Notes: generated from the sequence alone by a model not told the origin. Shown: positions 1 through 12,700, numbered from the whole stretch's first letter. The stretch is 63,319 bases of DNA, filler included, from Octopus bimaculoides (GCF_001194135.2; 7 parts of 7 records of this genome joined end to end with filler, not necessarily neighbours in it); one strand, 5' to 3'. Translations and numbers: made by a program.

Positions 1-408
1 AGATTTCTTCAAGGAATACCAGATAAGCCACCCATACCTGATACAACTCACTCAACAAGAACTCACTACTTGAATGGATCATAAACAAAACTTGACTTAA
101 AAGGATTTAGATAATCCTATCAGGTGATGCTATTAAAGTTAGACATGGCCTGGACTAATCTTTGGTCGAAACAAATCTAAGATTTTTCTTAGTTTTTTTT
201 TTATTACACGCTTTACTCTTTTTTTTTTATAGAAGTTGGATGCTGAAGTTTCATTGGACACAGTGTGAGGTGATTGTTGTTGTTGCTAGGCATCACTGGT
301 GCCAAGCTGTATCAGCCTTTGCCTTTCCTTTGGACAACATTGGTGGCATGAAGAAGGGAGGCTGGTGTGCATGGGTGACTGCACTTTCATGCGAGGGGAA
401 AAGTCAAT

Positions 409-558
409 GATATTGACCCCAGTGTTCAAATGGTACTTATTTTATTGACCCTGGAGGGATGAAAGGCAAAGTCAGCTGCAACGGAATTTGAACTCAGATT
501 GTTAAGATGGACAAAATGCCATTAAGCATTTCAGCCAGCATGATAACGATTCTGCCAG
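409..558 (-). mobile_element. tRNA-derived SINE, family A (partial)
   Basis: Reverse complement carries the A-box-like CTGGCAGAATCGTT, B-box-like GAGTTCAAATT and core TTTGCCTTTCATCC..GGGTCAATAAAATAAGTACC that recur in >10 copies across the window. Confidence 0.85.
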
Positions 559-600
<42 letters not shown>

Positions 601-608
601 TAATAATA
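558..608. repeat. (AAT)n microsatellite between two head-to-head family A SINEs
   Basis: Pure ATA/AAT run seen directly. Confidence 0.95.
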
Positions 609-722
609 CAGGCGGCAAGCTGCCAGAGTCGTTAGCACGCCGGGTGAAATGTTTAGTGGTATTTTGTCTGCTGTTACGTTCTGAGTTCAAATTCCGCCGA
701 GGTCAACTTTGCCTTTCATCCT
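609..722 (+). mobile_element. tRNA-derived SINE, family A, 3'-truncated by a family D insertion
   Basis: GGCGGCAAGCTGCCAGAGTCGTTAGC...GAGTTCAAATTCCGCCGAGGTCAACTTTGCCTTTCATCC, then an abrupt switch of sequence. Confidence 0.85.
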
Positions 723-952
723 TAACGTAGTTCTCGGGGATATTCAGCGTGACACAGTGTGACAAGGCTGACCCTTTGAATTACAGGCACAACAGAAACA
801 GGAAGTAAGAGTGAGAGAAAGTTGTGGTGAAAGAGTACAGAAGGGTTCGCCACCATCCCCTGCCGGAGCCTCGTGGAGCTTTTAGGTGTTTTCGCTCAAT
901 AAACACTCACAACGCCCGGTCTGGGAATCGAAACCGCGATCCACTGGGCCAT
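722..952 (-). mobile_element. tRNA-derived SINE, family D
   Basis: Minus strand starts with a B-box (GGTTTCGATTCCC) and ends GTCACACTGTGTCACGCTGAATATCCCGAGAACTACGTTAAG, the same tail as the element at ~37200-37270. Confidence 0.7.
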
Positions 953-1299
953 TGCGTCTCCACACAGTAGAAATTATTACACTGATAAATACAAGGCCAA
1001 ATAGAGGTCAGAGCTTTTTAAAAACGTTCGTTACAATTGTCTATTTTATCATATTTCTTTTTAAAGAAGATTAATGATTATACAGAATATAGAAATATGA
1101 AAATATTAATAATTAATAAATAAGTCAAGAAACGGTTCCAAAATGGTATGTCAAGTAGCGCCGGAGGTCAACTTTGAATGAGAGGTCAACAGTTATCTTT
1201 TTTTTATTTCCGAGTGTTTTTATCATCATCATGATAATGTGATAACATAATGTCCTTTATTTTTTTTCGTTGTCCACATTTTCTTCGAATGATGAATTG

Positions 1300-1559
1300 G
1301 TGAATAATAATATTTATATATGCTTGTATACGCGCATATATACTTATATCCATACACGTATACAAGCATACGTGCGTATAAACACAATACACACTTATGC
1401 ACATATGTGTGTCCCGATATGTTCACACCTAGCTGTCTTTCTACATATGTCTATATGTGTGTGTGTTTGAATGTATGTTTTTGTGTGTGTATTTGTTTGT
1501 ATCTACACATGTATCTATATCTCTACATATAGATATATATATATGTATGTTTATATATA

Positions 1560-1607
<48 letters not shown>

Positions 1608-1850
1608 TGTGTGTGTATATTTATATCTATCAATCTATCTATCTGTCTGTCTCCATATATATATATATATAAATAAATATGGTATACTAAGTTTTCATGT
1701 ATATATCTATATATGTATGCATTACTGATGTATGTGTGTGTTTCTTTCTATTTATTGTGTGCATGTGTGTGTATGTCTATATTTGTATGTTTACATACAT
1801 AACTATCTATATATATAACAATATCTATCTTATTTACACACACACACACA
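1300..1850. repeat. compound TA/TG/CA/TATC microsatellite block
   Basis: Low-complexity dinucleotide and tetranucleotide runs seen directly. Confidence 0.9.
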
Positions 1851-1984
1851 CATATCTGTAACTGAGAACAACATATAAATACACAAACGTATTAAATAGA
1901 AAAATGGAAAATCTATTTTCAGAAAACTGTTTGCCATATTCCTCTAAATATATTAAAGGAACTGTTTTTTGTGTTTTTTTTTTT

Positions 1985-2125
1985 TATAAATTTTTCATCA
2001 ATGACAGCATTGATACAGTCTTAGAAGCATCTGTTAACCAGGTACAAATAGTTCTCATTTATGTTGCTCATCTCATCCACGTTGGGCAACTTCCATTGAG
2101 TTTTGGGACAGTGAGGCAACTCATC
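1985..2125 (-). pseudogene. possible Tc1-like transposase C-terminal remnant
   Basis: Minus strand reads ..VDEMSNINENYLYLVNRCF*DCINAVIDEK, resembling the Tc1-family C-terminal pattern (MSNM..DHL..AC.RFR.RIEAVI). Recalled similarity only. Confidence 0.35.
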
Positions 2126-2524
2126 GGTACAGGCATGGCTGTGTGGTAAGAAGTTTGCTTCCCCACTACATGGTCCTAGGTGCAGTCCCACAGTGTGGTA
2201 CCTTGGGCAAGTGTCTTTTACTATAGCCTTGAGCTGAGCAAAAGCATTGTGAATGGATTTGGTGGACAGACACTGAAAGATACCTATTGTGTATGTGTGT
2301 GCATATGTGTGTCTATGTCCCTGTTTGTCCCCCACTACTGCATGACAACCAGTGTTGGTGTCTTTATGTCACTGTAACTTAGCAGTTCAGCAAAAGAGAC
2401 TGATAAAATAAGTACAAGGTTTTAGAAAAACATAAGTACCAAGGTTGACTCATTTAGCTAAAAGTTTTCCAAGGAGGTGCCCCAGCATGGCCAAAGTCTA
2501 ATGACTGAAACAAGTAAAAGATAA
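2126..2524 (+). mobile_element. tRNA-derived SINE, family B (near full length)
   Basis: Head TGGCTGTGTGGTAAG...CAGTCCC, CORE-like CCTTGGGCAAGTG, internal (TG)n, tail CCAGCATGGCC..ATGACTGAAACAAGTAAAAGA; >10 copies in the window. Confidence 0.9.
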
Positions 2525-2811
2525 CTGGTTACTCTGCTTTCCTCCAAGATGACCCAGATGTACTTCAGGCAGTGGGTGCAAATAAACATACCTAGGGGCC
2601 AGGCATCATTCTCAGTCACCCCTAGGGTCCAAAGTGTCATAGGGAATAGTCCCTTTATTGCCCTGCTCAGTCTTCTCCAGACCATCCCTTAATCTAGTGC
2701 TTGGTTACCATATCCAGGATTTTCATCTAGAGGCAGACATTGAGGGCAACGCTTTCACATTTAAAGTACCAAATCTGGTCAAAATATTCCACCTGCTTTA
2801 TGTTCAAACTG

Positions 2812-3035
2812 GTCAGATCCCTGGTTTGATTCCCTGATTGGCCAGCATGTTGTGTTCTTGAGCAAAGCACTTCATTTCATGTTGCTCCAGGCCCCCTTTT
2901 GATCGGGGAGGGGCAAAGTGTTGGCTTGCTTGCCTAGCCAGTAGTGGGGTGGTGTCATTTGAAGGTTAAAACAATATGCAAAAACGCATTGTGACCAATC
3001 TGATAGCCTGGTTGGCCACAAGATCATGTGATGTA
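2812..3035 (+). mobile_element. CORE-like SINE, family F, with an RTE-LINE-like tail
   Basis: Decayed B-box GGTTTGATTCC, CORE-like TGTGTTCTTGAGCAAAGCACTT; tail CGCATTGTGACCA/ATCTGATAGCCT shared with the RTE 3' end at ~30018-30057. Confidence 0.6.
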
Positions 3036-3052
3036 TATAAATATACCAACCT

Positions 3053-3172
3053 CATGGTTCTGGGTTCAGTCCCACTGAGTGGCACCTTGGGCAAGTGTCT
3101 TCTACTATAGCCTCGGGCCAACCAAAGCCTTGTGAGTGGATTTGGTAGACGGAAACTGAAAGAAGCCCATCG

Positions 3173-3203
<31 letters not shown>

Positions 3204-3457
3204 GTGTGTGTGTAAGTGTGTGTGTTTGCGTATCTGTCTCCCCCAGCATCGGTTGTCCCCACCCCACCCCACCATCGCTCGACAACCGATGCTGGTGTGC
3301 TTACATCCCCGTAACATTAGCGGTTCAACAAAAGAGACTGATAGAATAAGTGCTAGGCTTAGAAATAATAAGTCCTGGGGTCGATTTGTTCAACTAAAAG
3401 GCAGTGCTCCAGCATGGCCGTGGGCAAATGACTGAAATAAGTAAAAGAATAAAAGAA
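3053..3457 (+). mobile_element. SINE family B (5'-truncated)
   Basis: Same body and tail as 2126-2524. Confidence 0.9.
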
Positions 3458-4719
3458 TTTATGCACACACATACACACACATATATATATGCAAATATTA
3501 AAAGAAATAGAGAAAAATAATTTACATATAAATTTATTGACATTATAATATGATATGATTATACTATAAAAAGATATAATATAATCGCTGATAAGCTAAG
3601 TAAATTTATGTTTTTCTCTTGTTAATTACTAAGTATAATGTTTATATTAGTATGCATAAATAGATTAGAATAATTCTTAAATGTAATTATATATTTTTTT
3701 GAATAATTATGCATGTATGAACATTTCTTGTAGATCCTATAATATTTAGTATATAAAAATTATGGAAATATAAAATTATTGGCTTAGTCTAATCTTTTTT
3801 CTTCTGTAAAAATAAGTAAAATTCTGATAGTTTATTTTATTTATATATTATTATCGTTTTTATCTAAGAAATAGTATAGTTTATAATAATCATTACTTTA
3901 TACATTTGTTTAACTTCAGAGTATTTAGAAGAGGCTTTTGAATTAATGAATCATTGATTAAAAGGTTTTTTAATGAATTTCGTGTGTGAATAAAATATAT
4001 CCTTATTTATTTTTTCATAATAGTACATAGAAATTTTTTCAAAAATATATTTCATACTCCACCATAAATTCTTAACATATTATAGATTTTATTATATAGA
4101 TTTTATTATATTGATTTTATATTAAAAAAAAAAAAAACGTAGGCAGCGGTTATTTCAGATTAAGACATCTTTGATATTATTAAAGGTAAAAACATTTTAT
4201 GGCTGTTGTAATTGTTTTGTCTATTTAATTTATTTTATCTATTTGAACTTTGGTTTTGTTTTTATTATATTTATCAAATTTTTAGATTATTAACTCTCAT
4301 GCTTGTAAACATAGGTATATTTTAAATCAGTCTATTTTATGATTTAGCAATCCTCACATGACATTTTTGTCTATTTTTTAGACAAATATTATCCTGACGT
4401 GATTTATATACATAAATGTGAATTTTTTTATAAATTCACTAGTGGATATGAACCAAAACAAATTGTAGGATATATATTTTTCATTATTTATTATACTATA
4501 TTATATTTTTTTATATTATAATTATATTATATTATCATGTTAATAGATTTATATGTCAATTGTATTTCTCTATTTCCTTTCATATTTATATATTAAAAAT
4601 ATTCCACTTTAAGTTCTGATTTTTTCTCTACTATATTGTGGTATTTTACTGAAGAACCAGTGAAAATTGGATGTTTTCCATCCCTTTGAAGGAATTTGTT
4701 TTTTCCTTGGATGCAATAA

Positions 4720-4760
<41 letters not shown>

Positions 4761-4763
<3 letters not shown>

Positions 4764-5463
4764 TGCAGGCATGGCTATGTGGTAAGAAGCTTGCTTCCCA
4801 ACCACATTGTTCTGGGTTCAGTCCCACTGTGTGGCACCTTGGGCAAGTGTCTTCAGCTATAGTCTCAGGCTGACTGAAATCTCGTGATTAGATTTGGTAG
4901 ACGGAAACTGAAAGAAGCCTGTCGTATATATATATGTATATATTTGTGTGTTTGTGTCTTTATGTCTGTGTTTATAAAAAGCACCATTCCAAACGTGGCC
5001 GATGCCAGCGCTGTCTTGACTGGCTCCCATGCCAGAGGCACATAAAAGAAACCATCCAATCATGGTTGATGCCAGCCCTCTCCGGTCCCTGTGCCGGTGG
5101 CACATAAAAAAAGCACCCACTTCACTCTCAGAGTGGTTGCCATTACGAAGGGCATCCAATTGTGGAAACACTACCAGATCAGACTGGAGCCTGGTGTGGC
5201 CTTCTGGATTTCCCAGACCCCAGTCAAACCATCCAACCCATGCCAGCATGGAAAACGGACGTTAAATGATGATGATGATGATGACTATCACTTGACAACC
5301 GATGCTGGTTTGTTTACATCCCTTTAACACAGTGCCTTTGCAAGAGAGAGAGACCGATAGAATAAGTACTAGGTTGACAAAGAACAAGTCCTGGGGTTGA
5401 TTTCTTCAACTGAAAGATGGTGCTCCAGCATGGTCACAATCAAATGACTGAAACAAGTCAGAG
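4761..5463 (+). mobile_element. SINE family B with a nested RTE-related element
   Basis: Family B head at 4761 and family B 3' half resuming at ~5286 after the insert. Confidence 0.85.
4975..5285 (+). mobile_element. RTE-related non-autonomous retroelement ending in (GAT)n
   Basis: Repeated GGCAC(A/G)TAAAA..CACC units, AAGGGCATCCA motif, 3' end CCAACCCATGCCAGCATGGAAAACGGACGTTAAATGATGATG; other copies at ~6130, ~8668 and ~59255. Short tandem-repeat tails are typical of the RTE clade. Confidence 0.75.
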
Positions 5464-5551
<88 letters not shown>

Positions 5552-6080
5552 TACATGTATGTATTTATGTATATGTATGTGCATATTTATACATTTATAT
5601 TCAAAATTCTTAGCTGTTTACATTTTCAATAATTAGCATTAATGTTCCAGGATTGCTCTAAGTTATAAATATAGATGAATTTCGGTATTTCTGTGTATTA
5701 CCTGAATATGTCAGATGCTAATTGGGTTTACCTATGTGCTGGTTGTTAATTAGCAAGTAAATAGTCTGAAGTTCTCAAGGGATATGAGAAAAGAGTGTGG
5801 TGCCAAACTTATTTGGAAGAAGACACTTACATTGTTGCGACTGTCAAATTCATTCAAAGTGAAGCTAGAGTGGGGATGGTGGAGTATTTGATGTAACTGG
5901 TAGCAAGTCCTCCCAATGAGTGAGAGATCTGTTGTTCAAATCCTCAGCTTCAATCTGTTCTTTATTTGTCTCCTAAGCTGCTCTTGTAGACATACATGTA
6001 GATATTAATATAGATGGATAGACGGAAGGCGGGAGAGATGAGTAGGAAGAATTGTAGACAGTTGGATGGACGTTTGTGTC

Positions 6081-6111
<31 letters not shown>

Positions 6112-6129
6112 AAATATGTATATATATTA

Positions 6130-6480
6130 ATCATCATCATTTAATATTTGCTGTCCATGCTGGCGTGGGTTAGATGGTTTGACCAGAGCTGGCAAGCCAG
6201 AATGCCGCACCAGACTTCAGTCTGATTTGGCATGGTTTCTGCAGCTGGATGTCCTTCCTAATGCCAACCACTCCGAGAGTGTAATGGGTGTTTTTACATG
6301 CAACTGGCTTCATGGGTCTTCTTCTCAAGTTCAGCATAATACCAAAGATCCCAGTCATTTGTCCATTGCCTCTGTGAGGCCTAACACTTGAAAAGTGCTT
6401 TTCATGTACCACCGGCATCGGCCACCTTGTTTCCATGATGCCCAGTACTCGAAAGGTGCTTTTAATGTGCCAGTTGCATG
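6130..6480 (-). mobile_element. RTE-related non-autonomous retroelement
   Basis: Reverse-complement copy of the 4975-5285 family, with a (CAT)n tail at ~6130. Confidence 0.75.
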
Positions 6481-6618
6481 ATATATACAAGGTGCAATGG
6501 GTAAAGTATCGCCATTTTATGTTTTTAATTTCATACATGCACATAGTTTGTTTTTGATTTTGTCGACGACACAGTATAGTAAGGTCAGTTGGGCACCTTC
6601 TGTAAGAGAAATAGCATC

Positions 6619-6740
6619 ATGACACAATTCTCTCTGCCAGAAACTTGGAAACAATATGCTGTACTGCTTGGCATTCACACCGGAAGTTCCAATACAAACA
6701 TCTCAGAGTGTTTGAGTATGAATCTGAGGACAGTGCAATC
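6619..6740 (+). pseudogene. possible Tc1-like transposase N-terminal (HTH) remnant
   Basis: Reads MTQFSLPETWKQYAVLLGIHTGSSNTNISECLSMNLRTVQ, which resembles transposase HTH starts (I...L..N.RTVQ). Recalled similarity only. Confidence 0.35.
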
Positions 6741-7657
6741 TGAGGGTATGTCCTGAGAGTGATAAAATCAAACATCCAGTCAACATCATGGTGGTACCCC
6801 AGCATGGCCACAGTTGAATGACTGAAAGAAATAAGAGATAAATATAACCAATCATGTCAGCATTTGAATATAAGATGTTTACACACACACGCACGCACGC
6901 ACGCACACACACAAACACACACACACAAATTAATACTGTATTATCCTGCATATTGGAGGTAATTTGAAATGTATGGTGTACTGTTTCAATAATCATACAA
7001 TTTACCTTTACAATGTAAAGTAAACAGAGAAGTCACACTGTAGCTTTTAATTCCCTGTGGACAGAAAAGTGGAGAACAATCTGACTAGTTTCTAACCATC
7101 TTAGATCTTCCTCAGAGAAAGGGAAAAACACACCCACTTCTTTCCAGAGAGAGATTATAAGCTTACAGCTTTTTCCATTAAATACAAGCTCGGAGCTAAA
7201 CTGGTTGATCTAATTTACTTAATGCATGTGCTTACAACATGGATTCGTTAATTAATCAGTTAATTAATTAATATTGCACTACACAATAATTTTGGGAATG
7301 CCTTATAATAAACATTAACTGCCTTAATTAGTTTTTAACACCTATTGTTTCACCAGAGATATCTACATTGCTTAGCAAATCCCGAAGTAACAAGTAGCTA
7401 ACTCACTTATTTACACATCTAATTAATGACTACAGAGATGTGGGGCTGTGAATTTGCATACTGTAAGTGTTTAACGATTTACTTAATTTCAGAAACCAGT
7501 CAATGTGGAACCTAGTTAGCATTGTTGCAAGGTATGATGTAATATGTGGAAACAAAACATAGCAGACATGTCTGCTTCTGGTGAAACTTTGTCTGTTTCT
7601 CTCTAGAGTGAAAAGATGAGAATCAATCTTAATCAATTACATTGTCTTCTCTCTCTC

Positions 7658-7750
<93 letters not shown>

Positions 7751-7810
7751 TACACACACACACACACAAACACACAAACACAGACGTACATATGCATGTA
7801 TGTATGCATG

Positions 7811-8044
7811 TTATTCTTCAATTTTATTTCAAGATTTTTTGCTAAAAGAGAAAGAGCCGATTTCTAACCTAGATCCAAGGCTCCTTCATTGGAATTTCAA
7901 CAACATAAACAGGGTATTTTTGTATGTATGTATGTATGTATGTTTATGTATATATGTCATTGTTCAGTTTTATTTCAAGATTTCTTGCCAGTAGAGAAAG
8001 TCCCAGTTTCTAACCTAGATCCAAGGCTCCTTCATTGGAATTTA
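7811..8044 (-). mobile_element. two tandem 3'-UTR fragments of an R4/Dong-like LINE embedded in (TATG)n
   Basis: 7811-7920 and 7957-8044 are near-identical (TTTTATTTCAAGATTT...TTTCTAACCTAGATCCAAGGCTCCTTCATTGGAATTT) and lie downstream of the RLE-type ORF end at 8198. Assignment to that LINE is by position. Confidence 0.6.
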
Positions 8045-8197
8045 TGTATGTACATATGTATGTATGTACATATATATGTATGTATGTATGTATGTATGTG
8101 CAGATTTGTATGTTGTATGTATGTATGTGCAGATTTGTATGTTCTATGTATGTATTCTCATGCATATAGTTACATATCTAGACATGCGCATATATAT

Positions 8198-8425
8198 TTA
8201 AATGGTAAACTTCTGGAAAGTTTTACAGATTTTTACAGCTCCAGTGATGGATTGGATCTGTAGTCTTCGAATTAATTTTCTCCTTTCTGGTTTTGAGAAG
8301 CCGAATTTCTCAAGATTGGTATTTAGGCAGTGGGTTACATATCCCAGGGCCCCAATAATCACAGGTATAAACCAGAATTTGTCATCTGCATAGAGTAACA
8401 GATTTCTCAATAGTTCAGCGTAGGT
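8198..8425 (-). pseudogene. C-terminus of an RLE-type (R4/Dong/NeSL-like) non-LTR retrotransposon ORF
   Basis: YAELLRNLLLY..DKFWFIPVIIGALGYVTHCLNTNLEKFG...IRRLQIQSITGAVKICKTFQKFTI* matches the IP(V/I).IGALG..LQ...G...I tail of RLE-bearing LINEs. Confidence 0.75.
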
Positions 8426-8667
8426 GTATGTATACATGTATGTATGTATACATGTATGTATGTATGTTTATGTATGTATGTATGCATAAATGTATGCATG
8501 TATGTTTATGTATGTATGTAAGCATAAATTTATGCATGTATGTTTATGTATGTATTCATTATTAGCAACAGAAACAGCATTGGTTTGGGATAGCATTCTG
8601 TATATGTATGCATATTCATATGCATATGTTTGCATGTATGTATGTATATGTGTATATATGTTTGTGT

Positions 8668-8985
8668 ATCATCATCATCATCATCATCGTTTAACGTCCG
8701 CTTTCCATGCTAGCATGGGTTGGACGATTTGACTGAGGACTGGTGAAACCGGATGGCAACACCAGGCTCCAATCTAATTTGGCAGAGTTTCTACAGCTGG
8801 ATGCCCTTCCTAACGCCAACCACTCAGAGAGTGTAGTGGGTGCTTTTACGTGTCACCCGCACGAAAACGGCCACGCTCGAAATGGTGTCTTTTATGTGCC
8901 ACCCTCACAAGAGCCAGTTCGGGGGCACTGGCAACGATCTCGCTCGAAAACCCTACAAGGCCAGTCAGGCGGTATTGACCTCTAT
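8668..8985 (-). mobile_element. RTE-related non-autonomous retroelement
   Basis: (CAT)n followed by CGTTTAACGTCCGCTTTCCATGCTAGCATGGGTTGGACG; TGGATGCCCTTCCTAACGCCAAC motif. Confidence 0.8.
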
Positions 8986-9644
8986 GAATATGCATATGTT
9001 TGCGTCTGTACATGTGTATTGCGTCTAGACACACATGAACCTCTCAAGGCACACCATAATTTGCATGATCAAGGCGTATATTCTGAAAGTGCTCCACAAC
9101 TATAATTAGAAAATACTTGAGGCTATGTCCAATGTTTATACGAAATAAAGATATGGAAGTTATGAATCTTGAATATTCCCATATAAACAAAACTATATTA
9201 GATATACTTTATACATCTGTGTGTGTCTGTGTGAATGTGTGTATAAGTGTGTGAATCTGTATGTGTGTGTGTTGAGAGGAAAACAATATGGAATAAATTA
9301 GCCATTCTGCTGTAATCCTTTGACCTTTGCTTGACCTTAGATGTGAAAACATTTAGAGTTAGAGAGATTTAATGCAAAGTGCTTTTTTCTACACGTCACC
9401 CTCAAATGGTTACCACCACCATCACACCAACTGCATGGTCCCGATACCAGCACCACTGCCTCCATCACCAGCATTGAATTACCACAGTCACCACCACCAC
9501 CACCACCATCACAGCAATAACATGCACCACTCTCAGGACCACCATCTCCACTAAGTGCAGTAACCATACAAGAGAGGATCTGTGTCGCCATGTCTCTGTG
9601 TGGATTCTCAACTTGCTAGAAATAGAAGCCAAAACTCCACTGTC

Positions 9645-9768
9645 TTAACCTTTTAGCATTCAGATTCTTTTTTCAAATATAATGCTTATTTATTCACATT
9701 AATAAAAATTAATCATGTATTATCTTCTAGCTTCGATGACATCAGTGTATATTTTTAGAATGGCATTG
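9645..9768 (+). mobile_element. one end of a TTAA-flanked non-autonomous DNA element (piggyBac-like MITE, partial)
   Basis: TTAA-CC(T)TTTAGCATT start resembles a TTAA+CCC terminus. The other end is not seen, so the family assignment comes from recall. Confidence 0.35.
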
Positions 9769-12700
9769 TACGTACGAGAGAGTACGTTCGGTCGTTCGTT
9801 CGTTCATTCGTTCGCACATACGTACGTATATACGTTCGTTCGTTTGTACGTACGTACGTATGTTCGTTCGTTCTTTCGTGCATTCGCACGTACGTACGTT
9901 CGTTCGTTCATACGTACGAACGTACGATCCTACGTACGTTCGTTCGTTCGTTCGTTCTTTCGTTCGTTCGTTCATTCGTACATACGTACGTTCGTTCGTC
10001 AGTCCGTTCGTTGGTTCGTTCGTAAGTATGTACGTAAGTACGTACGTAATTACGTTTGTTCCGTCTTTCTTTCGTTCTTTTGTTCGTTCGTGGGTTCTTT
10101 CATTCGTACGTACGTACGTACGTACGTTCGTCCTTTCTTTCGATCGTTCGTACAGACGTATGTACGTACGTTCGTTATTTCGTTCGTAACAACGTTCGTT
10201 CGTACGTCCCTTCTTGCGTTCGTTCGTTCGTTCGATCGTAAATACGTAATAACGTAGGTACGTTCTTTCGTTCGTTTATACGTACGTACTTACGTAAGTT
10301 CATTCATTTGTTCGTACTTTCGTACATACGTACATTCATCCGTTCGTACGTTCCTTCATTTCGTTCATTCGTGCGTTCGTTTGTACGTACGTACTATCGT
10401 TCGTTCGCACATACGTACGTTCGTTCATTCACTCATTCGTTCGTTCGTCCGTACGGACGGACGTATGTAGAAGCTTTTGTTCGTTTATTCGTTCGTCCGT
10501 ACGTACGTGCGAACATGCGTTCGTTCGTTCGATCGTTCGTTCTTACGTACGTACGTTCGTTTCCTCGCTCGTTCGTTCGTTCTTTCATTCGTATCTACGT
10601 ACATACGTACGTTCGTTCGTTCCTTCATTCGTGCTTTCTTTTGTTTCTTGGATCGTTCGTTCGTTCGTTCGTTCTTACCAACGATCGTTCGTTCGTTCGT
10701 TCTTTCGTACGTACGTATATCCGTACGTTACGTTTGTTCGCTCGTTCTTTCGTGCCTACTTCCTTTCGTACGTTCGTTTGTTCGTTCGTTCGATCGATCG
10801 TTCATGAGTATTTACGTACGTAAGTTCGTTCGTTGTTCGTTCGTTCATTCGTTCGTTTTTTTCGTACCTACGTACGTTCGTTGTTCGTTCGTTCGTTTAT
10901 TCGTAAGTACGTACGTTCATAAGTACTTACGGACGTACATTCGTTCTTTCGTTCGTTTGTTCATTCGTGCGTGCGTACGTACATACGTTCGTTCTTTCAT
11001 TCGTACGTACGAAAGTACGTTCGGTCGTTCATTCGTTCGTTCCTTCGGACGTACATTTGTTCGTTTGATCATTCGTTCGTGCGTTCGTTCATACTTTCGT
11101 CCGTTCCTTCGTCCGTACGTACGTCCGTTCGTACGTACGTCCGTTCCTTCGTTCAATTGTTCTTTCGTTCGGTCGTTCGTTCGTTCGTACGTACTTACCT
11201 ACGTACATACGTACGTTCGTTCGTTCGATCGTTCATACGTACGAACGTACGTTCCTACGTACGTTCGTTCATTCGTTCTTTCGTTTGTTCGTTCATTCGA
11301 ACATATGTACGTACGTTCGTTCGTTAGATCATTCGTTCGTACATACGTACTTACATACGTACGTACAAACATACGTTCGTTCGTTTGTTCGTTCGTTCGT
11401 TTGTTCGTTCGTTCGTACATACGTACTTATGTACGTACATTCGTTCGTAAGTTCGTTCGTAAGTACGTATGATCCTAAGTACTTACGTACGTGCGTAAAT
11501 TCATTGTTTCTTTCGTTCGTACGTACGAAAGTACGTTCGGTCGTTCGTTCGTAAGTTGGTTCGTACATACGTACGTTCGTTCGTTCGTTCATTCGTACAT
11601 AGGTATGTATGTACGTACGTTCGTTCGTTCGTTCTTTTGTTCGGTCCTGGGTTCTTTCATTCGTACGTACGTACGTACGTTCGTTCTTTCTTTCGATCGT
11701 TCGTACAGACGTATGTACGTACGTTCGTTCGTTATTTCGTTCGTAACAACGTACGTCCGTTCTTGCGTTCGTTCGTTCGATCGTAAATACGTAATAACGT
11801 AGGTACGTTCTTTCGTTCGTTCGTACGTACGTACTTACGTAAGTTCATTCGTTTGTTCGTACTTTCGTACATACGTACATTCATCCGTTCGTACGTTCGC
11901 TCGTTCCCTCATTTTGTTCCTTCGTGAGTTGGTTTGTACGTACGTACTATCGTTCATTCGTACATACGTACGTTCTTTCATTCAATCATTCGTTCGTTCG
12001 TCCGTATGAACGGACGTATGTAGAAGCTTTCGTTCGTTGATTCGTTCGTCCGTACGTACGTACGGACATACGTTCGTTCGTTCGTTCGATCGTTCGTTCT
12101 TGCGTACGTACGTTCGTTTCCTCGCTCGTTTGTTCGTTTATTCGTAAGTACGTACGTTCATAAGTACTTACGGACGTACATTCGTTCTTTCGTTCATTCG
12201 TGCGTGCGTACGTACATACGTTCGTTCTTTCATTCGTACGTACAAAAGTACGTTCGGTCGTTCATTCGTTCGTTCCTTCGTACGTACATTTGGTCGTTTG
12301 ATCATTCGTTCGTGCGTTCGTTCATACTTTCGTCCGTTCCTTCGTTCGTACGTACGTCTGTTCCTTCGTTCAATTGTTCATTCGTTCGAGCTTTCTTTCT
12401 TTCGTTCGTTCGTACGTACTTACCTACGTACATACGTACGTTCGTTCGTTCGTTCATACGTACGAACGTACGTTCGTTCATTCTTTCGTTTGTTCGTTCA
12501 TTCGTACATACGTACGTTCGTTCGTACATACGTACTTACAAACGCACGTACAAACATACGTTCGTTCGTACATACGTACTTATGTACTTACATTCGTTCG
12601 TAAGTTGGTTCGTAAGTACGTATGATCCTAAGTACGTACGTACGTGCGTAAGTTCGTTGTTTCTTTCGTTCGTACGTACGAAAGTACCTTCGGTCGTTCG

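Noticed and set aside
3490-4600. Mitochondrial insertion (NUMT) call
   Set aside because: No mitochondrial gene or rRNA motif was recognised with confidence. It is kept only as an unexplained AT-rich island.
9372-9554. His/Pro-rich ORF resembling a transcription-factor low-complexity region
   Set aside because: It is a degenerate (CAC/CAT)n tract, short, with no splice support and no recognisable domain.
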